DNA from: Nannocystales bacterium
GTDB taxonomy: Bacteria > Myxococcota_A > Polyangia > Nannocystales > Nannocystaceae
Reading direction: 5' to 3'
Length of the DNA: 64,000 bases
Assembly (NCBI GenBank): GCA_050633305.1
Contig: JBOEGF010000004.1
Location: forward strand, 32,001-96,000
Position numbers and translations under genes: made by a program. The notes below the pieces were generated by a model. The model searched no databases. It had not been told where the DNA came from and saw only the letters and a list, made by a program, of their open reading frames with translations. Shown piece by piece: positions 38,854 through 48,030 of this stretch (the stretch's first letter is position 1; each line of letters starts with the position of its first letter).

Positions 38854-40629
38854 ATGACGCCTCACAACCGTTTCGGTGCTGCGCTCGCGGGCCTGGCTGC
38901 GCTGAGCGTGACCGGTTGTCGACAAGAGTCAGAGCCCTCCAATCCGGCACCGGCCGAGCGAGCGTTGGCCGACCGAGTTGAAGAGGAATCCTACGCCGTC
39001 GCTCCGGCCGCGACGCCGGAAGAGAAACATCCGGACCAACCCGAGAACCTCGACAGTGGGGGGTCGTTGAAGCTCCCGTTCCTTCGGGCGTCGCGGCAGG
39101 CCTGCGCGTCGCCGTGTGCGGTGATGTTCTCCATCGACGCGATCACCGATTCGTCCAACGACAACCCGTACGCGCTCAGCGGTTCGCACTGGGACTACGG
39201 AGACCCTGGCGCAGATGGACGAGAGGGCCCGTACACGCGCGGCGCAAGGGCGTCGCGCTCCAAGACAGGGCCAACGCGTCAGTCCGACACGAATACGCCG
39301 TTGGGGATGCACGTGTACCGTTGCGAGACTGGCGTCTGTACGTTCCATCCGGGGGTCTCGGTGCAGAACGAGGCGGGGGACTGGGCGACCGCATGGTCGA
39401 CTGTCACGGTCCGAGCTGCCGACACCGCCTTTCCACAGGTCCGGACGGTCTGCGTGTCCAGTTCCCAGTCTTGGGGCGGTGACGTGCCGTGCCCCGCCGA
39501 CGCGACGCGTGTCCGGGCCCTGCCCAAGCTCGGGAAGTGGCGCAGCGACACCCGCTATCTCTTGCGCCGAGGCGAGCGCTTCGAGTCGGAGCAGTCGTGC
39601 ATCGGGTACGGTCGCCACGACATCCAAATCTCATCGTTCGGGCCCGCGTCTGCCCCCAAGCCCGAGCTCTCGCGCCTTGCGATCGGCCGAGAGTCGTCGT
39701 GCCGCAATGCGGTGGCCAACAACCGTCAGATCGCGAACTACGGACCGGGGTTTTGGAACGAAAACATCACGCTCTCGGATCTCCGGGTCCAGGCGATCGA
39801 GCTGGGGATGACGTTCAAGGACGTGACCTTGCTTGACCTCGACATGGACTTCGAGCGGAACGCGGCCGGAGGCTCGGTCATGACGGTGGCGACCGATCGC
39901 TGCACCAAAGATGACGCGTTGTCCTGCGAACGCATTCCGCTGCCGCAAGGCCTGTACATCGCAGGATCGAAGCTGATCGGTTCTCGGACCGGGCCACCCA
40001 AGTACAACGTCGGGATGCTCCGGACGACGTGCGCAAGTTTCGTCGGCTTGCTCGACAGCGAGCTTCGCATCGCGATGGGCCACAACATGCGCCTCGAGTG
40101 CTCGTCGCGGGTGTTGGCCCTTCACAGCAGCATCAATGGCCACCACCTTGGGCAGCCGGGGCAGGGCAAGGTCGCTCCGCGCCACGCGCTCACCGTCCGG
40201 AGCGATGGGAGTCTCGACCGCGACATGCTCGCGCAGCAGCGGCGTCCCTCCTCCGACCCGTCCAACGTGTTTGAGAGCCGTTACACGGCGGTGAAGGACG
40301 TGTACTTCGGCGACCCAAGCAGCATGAACCACGCCGCCCGCGTGACGATCACGCCCTCGAAGGGGTCGGAGCCGGTGGTGACCCGCATGGCGGTCATCTC
40401 CGAGAGCGTTGTCGATCTGGCCGGCGGGTCCGGTGACGGTCCGGCCACCTTCGATGCGCACCTGTCCGGCCAGGGGCTGGTCTGCTACGACGACAACCGC
40501 TGGCAGGCCCCGAAGGGCTGCGGCGACAAGGGCCGCGGTGCGATCCCCGAGGGCCGATACAGTCCCGCGGGAGTCGACGTGAAGGCCCCCACGGTGCCCG
40601 ACCCCCCGGCTTCGTACACCGGCGGGTGA
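38854..40629 (+). CDS. Large secreted lipoprotein, possibly PKD-like plus beta-helix
   Basis: Lipobox VTGC; WDYGD PKD-like motif; LLRRGE.F followed by beta-rich repeats. Confidence 0.65.
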   Translation: MTPHNRFGAALAGLAALSVTGCRQESEPSNPAPAERALADRVEEESYAVAPAATPEEKHPDQPENLDSGGSLKLPFLRASRQACASPCAVMFSIDAITDSSNDNPYALSGSHWDYGDPGADGREGPYTRGARASRSKTGPTRQSDTNTPLGMHVYRCETGVCTFHPGVSVQNEAGDWATAWSTVTVRAADTAFPQVRTVCVSSSQSWGGDVPCPADATRVRALPKLGKWRSDTRYLLRRGERFESEQSCIGYGRHDIQISSFGPASAPKPELSRLAIGRESSCRNAVANNRQIANYGPGFWNENITLSDLRVQAIELGMTFKDVTLLDLDMDFERNAAGGSVMTVATDRCTKDDALSCERIPLPQGLYIAGSKLIGSRTGPPKYNVGMLRTTCASFVGLLDSELRIAMGHNMRLECSSRVLALHSSINGHHLGQPGQGKVAPRHALTVRSDGSLDRDMLAQQRRPSSDPSNVFESRYTAVKDVYFGDPSSMNHAARVTITPSKGSEPVVTRMAVISESVVDLAGGSGDGPATFDAHLSGQGLVCYDDNRWQAPKGCGDKGRGAIPEGRYSPAGVDVKAPTVPDPPASYTGG

Positions 40630-40645
40630 GCGCCGGCCTGCCGCC

Positions 40646-43600
40646 TCACCCGTGGACGAGGCTGTAGACGCGTTTCACGAGCAGGTACGACACGCCGCAG
40701 AACAAGCACAGCGAGGTGAGCATCGCGGCGGCACCAGGGACGCCCGCGAACTCGAGCAGCGACTTGATGGGGATCGGGAACGCCGCGAGGATGTAGAAGA
40801 GCAAGGAGAGCTGTCCGATGGTCGAGACCACTTTGAGCAGCCACTGAGCCCCGCCTGCAAGGTTGTTGTAGCGCCGTGTCGCCACCATCAGCCCGCTGAT
40901 CGTCACCATGACGAGTCCCACGTAGAACACCCACTTGGTCAGGCAGTTCTTCGAGGGCCAGTACGTCAGCTCGACGTACTCGCCGGTGATCACCCCGAAG
41001 ACCAACGCAGCCGCGATCACGATGAGACCGCCGCGTAGAAGGTTCTTCGGCGCATCGGGCTCTTCGCCGTGGTGCTTGATGTACGTGCCAAGAGCCAGAC
41101 CGACGAACACCAGGCTCATCATGTCGAAGTAGGCGAACTTGGCCTCCAGCATCAGGCGTACCAGCTGCAGGAACCCGGTCACTTTCACGTCGACCAACAA
41201 CACGTCGAGCAACGCCTGAATGGCCGCAGAGGCGGCCGCCAGCCCGAGCAAGAATCGCATGCGGTGCCGGGGGCTCTGTGTGACGCGGGTGGTCAGAGAG
41301 AACCACAGCGGGATGGTCGCAACACCGAGCGTGTAGAACAGCAGCGGGGAGAAGAACGCGACGAAGAAGACGTGGTCGTCGAAGGGGACCTGCTTGATGA
41401 AGACCTTGACGAGGACCGCCAAGAGCCCAAGAAGCACCGACCCGCTGCCGACCAGCAGGACGGCGGTCCGCATCGCGGCGCGGACCCGCTTCGGGTTGGT
41501 CTCAAACACCGGGAGCTGGAGGTACCCGAGCCCCACGCCGAACGTGATCGCGAAGCCTGGCGTGCCGTACGAGAACAGCGGAGAGAGGGCCTTTGCGATG
41601 ATGCTGAAGGCGGCGGGCAGGCGGTCGAACAGCGCGATGGACCAGTGGCCCGCCACCACCATGAAGATCAAGACGCCGCGCAGAGCGTTGACCATGATGT
41701 TGTTCGCGTAGCCGAGGTTGAGCGGGGCGGGCTCGTCCTTGGTCGGTGTTGCCGGGGTGGGAGCCGCCGCCGCTGCGCTGGCTTCCGCCGCCGCTCGCTC
41801 GGACGCACTGGCCTCGGCGAGCTGACGAATGGTGGCGCCCTGGAAGATGGAGCGGCAGATCGATGGGTCGATTCCGGCACGCCCCATCCGCATGATCACG
41901 TTCAGGGCCGTGAGGGAGTCCCCGCCGAGGTCGTAGAAGCTCTCGTCGAGTCCGATGTCTTCGACCCCGAGCGCCTCTTTCCAGATGGTGGCGAGCTCGT
42001 CGGTCTGGGCCCCGCTGGGCGCGGGGGCCGGCTCGGGAGCCGCAGCCTCGGCGAGCTGACGGATGGTGGCGCCCTGGAAAATGGAACGGCAGATCGATGG
42101 ATCGATTCCGGCACGCCCCATTCGCATGATGACGTTCAGTGCGGTGAGGGAGTCCCCGCCGAGGTCGTAGAAGCTCTCGTCGAGTCCGATGTCTTCGACT
42201 CCAAGCGCCTCCTTCCAGATCGTTGCGAGTTCGTCGGTGCGGGCCTCGCTGGGGTCGGGAGTTGCGGGGGGGGCGGGCTCGGGCGAGGCAGCCTCAGCGA
42301 GTTGACGGATGGTGGCGCCCTGGAAGATCGAGCGGCAGATCGAGGGGTCGATGCCGGCACGACCCATGCGCATGATGACGTTGAGTGCGGTGAGAGAGTC
42401 GCCACCGAGGTCGTAGAAACTCTCGTCGAGCCCGATGTCGTCGACGCCCAGCGCTTCTTTCCAGATCTTCTGGAGTTCCTGGGTCTGGGCATCGCGTGCC
42501 GAGGGGGCGACGGTGGCGTCCGTGGCCGGACGGGGGGCCACAGGGCGCGCCGCAGCGGGAGCCGGCGCATGGGTCTCGACCCATTGTGCCGTCAGCTTTC
42601 GCCGTTGGACTTTGCCTGAGGCCGTGCGGGGCAGGGCGTCGACCGTCATCGTGTCGATGGCTCCGCGCGCATTCAGCCCCTGCGCTTCGGCGGCCTTGTC
42701 GACGGCCTCGCGGAGGACGGCTTGGTCCACGTCCGCGTCGGTGGCGACACTGATGAGGAGCCCGTCGCCACGAATGGGGTCGGGCTTGCGGGAGATGGCA
42801 AACTCAGCGGCGCCCACGGTCTGTCGAACCTGGGTCTCGAGGAGTTCGGGCGAGAGCTTGATGCCGCCGCAGTTGATGAGATCGTCCGCGCGACCTCCGA
42901 AGAACAGGTTGCCGTCGCGAATCGAACCGAGGTCCTGGGTCTCATACCAGCCCTCATCGTCGACAGCGGGTTGAGCTTCGCCGTCGATCCACAGGCTCTT
43001 CGCGACGTGGGGGCCGCGGATCTTGATCCGGCCGTCGTCGGTGAGCGCGACCTCGGCTTTTCCGTACGCGCGACCGACCGACTCGAGCGCGTCGCCTTCC
43101 GCGGAATGGACCTCGAGGAACGTGGTGCGTGACGCTTCGGTGAGGCCGTAGTGCTGAACGATCTTAGCCTGCGGGAACAGCTCTCGGACCGCGATCTTTT
43201 CGTCGCGGCTCATGTACTGGCTGCCGATCTCGATCCAGCGGACCCCCTCGCCGAGCCCCTCGAACATCGGGCGGGCGTCGAGGAGGACACGCCACAAACT
43301 GGGGACCGCCGAGATGGCGTTGATCTCCCCCTTCTTGAGCATGTCCGCGACCTCGAGAGGGTCGAGTCCGTTCTGCGGGAGGTAGGCTCGCCCGCCCACG
43401 GACGCGACGGCGCGGCAGCGCCCGAAGCCGAACGAGTGGTAGACCGGAATGCCGACGTACTCGCGGATCTCGGAGGTCACCTCCATCACGCCGTTGAGCC
43501 GTTCGACCACATCGGCGAGGGCGGCATGGGTGAGCTCGACGCCCTTGGGTCGGCCCTCAGTGCCGGAGGTGAACAGAAGCTGTGCGGTCTCTTCGTCGTG

Positions 43601-43810
43601 ATGGGGATCGTACGACCACGACGCCCATCCACACTCCGGTGCGGGCTCGATGACCTCCTCGATCGCGGCGAACGATCGACGGTCGTGGTCGTCCGCGCTG
43701 CGGAGCGGAACCATCACCCGCCGCTGTTGCAAGAGTTGGAACGCCTGCTCGACGAAATCGACGGAATGTGTTGCGACGATGCCGACGGGAGACCGCGTTG
43801 AAGACCTCAT
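40646..43810 (-). CDS. Fusion protein: AMP-binding (acyl-adenylating) domain + 3 acyl-carrier domains + acyltransferase-3-like multi-TM domain
   Basis: FTSGTEGRPKG, YGLTE, TQDLG, GRADDLIN and LPRTASGK; three FYDLGGDSL; LRG-(X9)-H and about 10 hydrophobic segments. Start ATG 43810 (ORF open to 43903). Confidence 0.85.
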   Translation of the reverse strand: MRSSTRSPVGIVATHSVDFVEQAFQLLQQRRVMVPLRSADDHDRRSFAAIEEVIEPAPECGWASWSYDPHHDEETAQLLFTSGTEGRPKGVELTHAALADVVERLNGVMEVTSEIREYVGIPVYHSFGFGRCRAVASVGGRAYLPQNGLDPLEVADMLKKGEINAISAVPSLWRVLLDARPMFEGLGEGVRWIEIGSQYMSRDEKIAVRELFPQAKIVQHYGLTEASRTTFLEVHSAEGDALESVGRAYGKAEVALTDDGRIKIRGPHVAKSLWIDGEAQPAVDDEGWYETQDLGSIRDGNLFFGGRADDLINCGGIKLSPELLETQVRQTVGAAEFAISRKPDPIRGDGLLISVATDADVDQAVLREAVDKAAEAQGLNARGAIDTMTVDALPRTASGKVQRRKLTAQWVETHAPAPAAARPVAPRPATDATVAPSARDAQTQELQKIWKEALGVDDIGLDESFYDLGGDSLTALNVIMRMGRAGIDPSICRSIFQGATIRQLAEAASPEPAPPATPDPSEARTDELATIWKEALGVEDIGLDESFYDLGGDSLTALNVIMRMGRAGIDPSICRSIFQGATIRQLAEAAAPEPAPAPSGAQTDELATIWKEALGVEDIGLDESFYDLGGDSLTALNVIMRMGRAGIDPSICRSIFQGATIRQLAEASASERAAAEASAAAAAPTPATPTKDEPAPLNLGYANNIMVNALRGVLIFMVVAGHWSIALFDRLPAAFSIIAKALSPLFSYGTPGFAITFGVGLGYLQLPVFETNPKRVRAAMRTAVLLVGSGSVLLGLLAVLVKVFIKQVPFDDHVFFVAFFSPLLFYTLGVATIPLWFSLTTRVTQSPRHRMRFLLGLAAASAAIQALLDVLLVDVKVTGFLQLVRLMLEAKFAYFDMMSLVFVGLALGTYIKHHGEEPDAPKNLLRGGLIVIAAALVFGVITGEYVELTYWPSKNCLTKWVFYVGLVMVTISGLMVATRRYNNLAGGAQWLLKVVSTIGQLSLLFYILAAFPIPIKSLLEFAGVPGAAAMLTSLCLFCGVSYLLVKRVYSLVHG
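41811..42484 (-). repeat. Three near-identical ~194-bp intragenic repeats encoding carrier domains
   Basis: Copies at about 41811-42004, 42045-42238 and 42291-42484, each encoding IWKEALGV.DIGLDESFYDLGGDSLTALNVIMRMGRAGIDPSICRSIFQGATIRQLAEA. Confidence 0.92.
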
Positions 43811-43874
43811 AGTTTTCGCGGGCACCATACGTCCGCATCCTGCGCCAAGGCAATCGAATGGCGCCGCCGCGGAG

Positions 43875-45242
43875 TCACGGGGACGGGGCTCGTGCGGAGC
43901 CACATTGCGGTCGCACGTTCACCGGAAGCTCGGGCGGTAGAATGCTCGAGGGCCCGAGCAAGTCGACCAGCAGCTTTCGTGCGTCCTGGGGTCCGTGGAC
44001 GCGATCGATCGCTTCGACAAAGAACGCCTTCTTGTCGCCTTCCATGCGGACGTGGAGCGGCACGTACCGCGCACCGACCACGCGGACGCCCTCGTCGGTC
44101 TTCGCCAGCCCGAGATACAGGATGACCGTGGAACGTCGGTTGAGTGTGCGTTGGTGGCTAAAGAAATTCCCCAACGAATAGAAAACGAAGCCTTGGCGGC
44201 CGTCCGCCGTGTCGCGAATCTCCCATGGCTCCACGACGTGCGGGTGAGAGCCGATGATCGCGGTGGCGCCCGCGTCGAGCCAACGTTGTGCGAACTTCCG
44301 CTGCCGCTCCCTGGGCTCGTGGGTGTACTCCTTGCCCCAATGCGGGGTCACGATCACCGCATCGACGTCCTTGCGTTTCTTCAGACGGCGGACCTGCTTG
44401 CGGACCGGATCGCCGGGCTCGAAGCAGTGCAGAACCTGCCCCAGGTCGTCTTTGCCGAAGTTGGTGTGCAAGGTGCACGACACCCAGGCGATGCGCATCC
44501 CCTTGGCCTCGGTGATCGCCCAAAACGGTTTCTCGGTTCCGGCGGGCCGGGTGCCCGTGTGCGCCAGCTTGCGCTTCCGAAGCTGGGCGAGGGTCCGGTC
44601 AATGCCCTCGGCGTCCCGGTCGAGGCTGTGGTTGTTGGCCGTCGACACTACGTCGAAACCGGCCTGGACGAGGTCGTCGAGAATGCTCGGGTGGATGTTG
44701 AACCGTGCGTAGCCGGAGTAGACCTGGTTGTCGAAGCGCCGGCCCGGATCTGCATGGGCCTCGTGGTCGCGGCCGAGTCCAGGCGCGGTCGGGGCCTCGA
44801 GGTTGCCGTAGGTGATGTCGGCGCCAGCGAGAAGGTCGGCGATGTTGGCCCACACGGCGCGAAACCCTTCGTCGGTGGCGTAGGCCTGCCGCTGGATTTC
44901 GCGGTGCCCCATGATGTCCCCAACCGCGGCGATCGTGACGACTTCGGTCGGCGCGCAAGGGTCGGTAAATGCCAAGACGTCCTCCGGCAAGGGGGTCGGC
45001 TCCGGCTCGGGTTCCGGCACGGCCTCGGGTTGCTCGGGCGGTTCGAGTGTCGTCTCCGGGGGTGCTGCATCCACGCCCCGTGCGGCACCGTCGGCCTCGG
45101 GCGCGGGGGGCTCGGGCGCCGCGGCGGCCTGCTCGGGTGCGGGGCGCGGTGCCGTGGTGGAGCAGCCGGCCGAGGCCAGGGCGACGAAGATGGTGGCGCA
45201 GCGGATCACGGGCGACGTGCACAAGCCTACCGCGCGGTGCAT
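43875..45242 (-). CDS. CapA (PGA_cap) family metallophosphatase-fold lipoprotein
   Basis: VGDIM, GNLE, ANNHSLD, PHWG.EY, GSHPHV and YSLGNF motifs; lipobox SAGC. Confidence 0.9.
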   Translation of the reverse strand: MHRAVGLCTSPVIRCATIFVALASAGCSTTAPRPAPEQAAAAPEPPAPEADGAARGVDAAPPETTLEPPEQPEAVPEPEPEPTPLPEDVLAFTDPCAPTEVVTIAAVGDIMGHREIQRQAYATDEGFRAVWANIADLLAGADITYGNLEAPTAPGLGRDHEAHADPGRRFDNQVYSGYARFNIHPSILDDLVQAGFDVVSTANNHSLDRDAEGIDRTLAQLRKRKLAHTGTRPAGTEKPFWAITEAKGMRIAWVSCTLHTNFGKDDLGQVLHCFEPGDPVRKQVRRLKKRKDVDAVIVTPHWGKEYTHEPRERQRKFAQRWLDAGATAIIGSHPHVVEPWEIRDTADGRQGFVFYSLGNFFSHQRTLNRRSTVILYLGLAKTDEGVRVVGARYVPLHVRMEGDKKAFFVEAIDRVHGPQDARKLLVDLLGPSSILPPELPVNVRPQCGSARAPSP

Positions 45243-45259
45243 AGTCGCGCCGAGTCCCC

Positions 45260-45931
45260 GTGGAGCACGAGCACATCGACCCGAGTTCGCTTTCCGGCAT
45301 CGACGTCTACCGTCTGATGACCGATCTTGTGGCGCCGCGCCCGATCGCTTGGGTCTCCACGGTCAGCCCCGACGGGGCCGAGAACCTGGCCCCCTTCAGC
45401 TACTTTCAGGCGATGGGATCCCGCCCACCCACGGTGGTGTTGGGGTGTGGATGGACGCGCGCGGGCAAGCCCAAGGACACGCTGCGCAACATCCTCAACA
45501 CCCGAGAGTTCACGATCTCGCACGTCAGCGATGCGGTCGCCGAGGCGATGAATCTCACCTCGGTCGAGCTGCCGACGGGGGAGAGCGAGTGGGACTACGC
45601 GGCGGGGCAAACCGCGCTGTCGTCGTCGTCCGCGCAGGTCGTACGTCCTCCCCGGGTCGCGGAAGCGCGAGCATCGATGGAATGCCGCATGGTCCACGCA
45701 ATTCCGGTGGGGAAGACCAAGGCGGGCAGCCCGGCGTCGACCATCGTCGTGGGAGAGGTTGTCGCGTTTACGGTGGCCCCCGAACTTGTCCGTAGGGATG
45801 AGTCAGGTCACTTGTTGCCGATGGACCCCGCAGCCTTGGGCTCGGTCGGACGGCTGGGCGGGATCGCGTACACTCGCACCGAGGGCGTGTTCGAGCTTCC
45901 ACGCCCCAAGCCCCCCACGCAACAGTCTTGA
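45260..45931 (+). CDS. Flavin reductase-like protein
   Basis: V.PRPIAWVST, NLAPFSYF, KDTLRNI and GRLGG..Y motifs. Confidence 0.9.
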   Translation: MEHEHIDPSSLSGIDVYRLMTDLVAPRPIAWVSTVSPDGAENLAPFSYFQAMGSRPPTVVLGCGWTRAGKPKDTLRNILNTREFTISHVSDAVAEAMNLTSVELPTGESEWDYAAGQTALSSSSAQVVRPPRVAEARASMECRMVHAIPVGKTKAGSPASTIVVGEVVAFTVAPELVRRDESGHLLPMDPAALGSVGRLGGIAYTRTEGVFELPRPKPPTQQS

Positions 45932-46908
45932 TGGACGCCTCACCCTCAGCTGCAACCGCCGTTCGCGACCGCCACTTGTTCGACGGGGTGCCCGACGAAG
46001 TCTCGATCTATGAGGTCGGGCCTCGCGACGGGCTTCAGAACGAGAAGGTCATCCTTCCGACCGAGCGCAAGCTCGAGTTGATCGAGGGCGCCGTCCAGTC
46101 GGGCATCAAGCGGGTGGAGATCACCAGCTTCGTGAACCCGCGCTGGATCCCCGCGATGGCCGACCACCTCGAGGTCGCAGCCGGGGTGAAAAAACACGAC
46201 GGGGTCTGCTACAGCGCGTTGGTCCCCAACATGCGGGGTCTCGATGGTGCGTCGCGAGCTGGCATGCAGGAGGTCGCGGTCTTCATGGCCGCGACCCAGA
46301 GCCACAACCGCAAGAACATCAACAAGACGACCGAAGACGCGCTCGAGACCTACAAGATCGTCGTCGGTGAGGCATTGTCTCGGGGCATGCGGGTGCGCGG
46401 CTACGTCAGCTGTGTCTACGGCTGTCCGTACGAAGGTCTCGTCTCCGTGGATGACGTGCGTCGAGTGGCCGACGGGCTGCTCGAGCTTGGCGTCTACGAG
46501 CTGAGCCTGGGTGACACAATCGGCGTTGGCACGCCACGACAGATCGAGCACGTGTTGCTGGGTTTGTTGGGCTCGGGCATCGAGCTGGACCAACTCGCGG
46601 TGCACTTCCACGACACCCGCGGCACGGCGCTCGCCAACATCGTGGTGGCGCTGCAGCACGGCATCAAGACCATCGACTGCGCGGTCGGGGGCCTCGGCGG
46701 CTGTCCCTACGCTCCCGGAGCGTCCGGCAACGTCGCGACCGAAGACGTCGTGTACATGCTTCAGGGCATGGGCGTGAAGACGGGCGTCGACCTCGACAAG
46801 CTCGTTTCGCACTCGGGCCGGCTCGGGGCTCAGCTCGCCCGAGAACTGCCCAGCAAGTACCTCAAGGCCCACCTGGGACACTGCGCCCGGCTCGGCAAGC
46901 CCGCGTAG
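45928..46908 (+). CDS. Hydroxymethylglutaryl-CoA lyase
   Basis: EVGPRDGLQNE, LGDTIG, HFHDT and GLGGCPYAPGASGNVATED motifs. Confidence 0.95.
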   Translation: MMDASPSAATAVRDRHLFDGVPDEVSIYEVGPRDGLQNEKVILPTERKLELIEGAVQSGIKRVEITSFVNPRWIPAMADHLEVAAGVKKHDGVCYSALVPNMRGLDGASRAGMQEVAVFMAATQSHNRKNINKTTEDALETYKIVVGEALSRGMRVRGYVSCVYGCPYEGLVSVDDVRRVADGLLELGVYELSLGDTIGVGTPRQIEHVLLGLLGSGIELDQLAVHFHDTRGTALANIVVALQHGIKTIDCAVGGLGGCPYAPGASGNVATEDVVYMLQGMGVKTGVDLDKLVSHSGRLGAQLARELPSKYLKAHLGHCARLGKPA

Positions 46909-46925
46909 CGGCCGGGCGTGGGCGC

Positions 46926-48005
46926 TCAGCCCTGCGGCCGCATCGTCATCGACTTGCGCTGGAAGATCAGCCGTTCCAGTGCGGTCTGAACGCCCGCCAC
47001 CAGCTTGTCGAGGCTGCCCGGCTCGACCGGGTTGTTGGCCCCGGACGCGAATACCAGCACGGGGACCTTGTCGCGGACCCGCACCGGGAGGACCAAGACG
47101 TTGCCTTCGATGCCACCCATCGCGCGGTCGAACGCGCGGTCGATGGCTCGGTCGGTCCGCCACGGGCCGAACGAGACCGTCGCGGTTCGGATGACGTCGG
47201 AGAAGACCGAGGGCCCGGCGGTGGGGATGCGAACCTGGGTGACCGCCTCTCGCACCACATCGTTGCCTCGGGCATCGCGGCCCTTGAGTTCGTCGCGGAG
47301 GTGGATGAACAGAATGACGCGGTCGAATCCCTCGCCGAGGAAGTCGAGCAGGACCTCCATGATGGTGTCGCGGTCGGACGCTGCGACGAGGCGGGGAAGG
47401 ACGGCCGCGAATGCCGCGGACGACAGCGCGGGAGCGTCGACGAGCGGATCCGCAGCTGGGGGCTCACCGCGCTCGGTGGCGGCGGGGATCTCCAACGGCG
47501 TCGGAGGCCCTTTGGAGGGGGCGGTGGGCTCGCCGTAGTAGTGACGAACCGCGCGTCGCAACACGCTGACGGGGGCGACGGCGCGCAACAGGTAGGCACC
47601 GGTGTGGTCCGCGACCGCGTTGACCGCCCGCTCGTCGGTCGGATCGGCCATCGCGAGAGTGAGGTTGCCGGCGTCATCGACGGACACGGGCAGCACACCG
47701 CCGGACCACGCGAGCTCGGCGGGCACCGCGGCCAGGGTCTCGGGTTCGATGCGCTTGAGCACTTCGGCGGTCGCGACCGGAATCATCAGGCGTGCACTGA
47801 GGAGTCGCAGGAGCGTCTCTTCGTCGGAGAGGCCGAGCTCGACCACCGAGACGAACGGTGCGCATCGATGTTTGCGACTGTAGGTGTCCACCAGGGCGAC
47901 GTCTTCGTCCCGGATATGCCCTGCGCGTCGGAGGATCGTGGTGAGGGTGCTCAAGCTGCCTGCGGTCCCGACCGCCAGGACACCACGGGTCGCGCGGAGG
48001 GTCAA
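46926..48005 (-). CDS. GspE/PilB N-terminal (T2SSE_N) domain protein with GAF-like C-domain, no ATPase
   Basis: VP.ELA....VLPV......L.LAMADP.D pattern; C-terminal LVLPV.VRD.V. Confidence 0.7.
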   Translation of the reverse strand: MTLRATRGVLAVGTAGSLSTLTTILRRAGHIRDEDVALVDTYSRKHRCAPFVSVVELGLSDEETLLRLLSARLMIPVATAEVLKRIEPETLAAVPAELAWSGGVLPVSVDDAGNLTLAMADPTDERAVNAVADHTGAYLLRAVAPVSVLRRAVRHYYGEPTAPSKGPPTPLEIPAATERGEPPAADPLVDAPALSSAAFAAVLPRLVAASDRDTIMEVLLDFLGEGFDRVILFIHLRDELKGRDARGNDVVREAVTQVRIPTAGPSVFSDVIRTATVSFGPWRTDRAIDRAFDRAMGGIEGNVLVLPVRVRDKVPVLVFASGANNPVEPGSLDKLVAGVQTALERLIFQRKSMTMRPQG

Positions 48006-48030
48006 CGCGGTGCGCTATCCTCCCGCGCTC

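Noticed and set aside
40646..43810. Classical NRPS/PKS cluster
   Set aside because: No condensation, ketosynthase or thioesterase domains in the gene or the window.
43875..45242. Poly-gamma-glutamate capsule operon
   Set aside because: Only capA is present; stand-alone CapA-domain genes are common.
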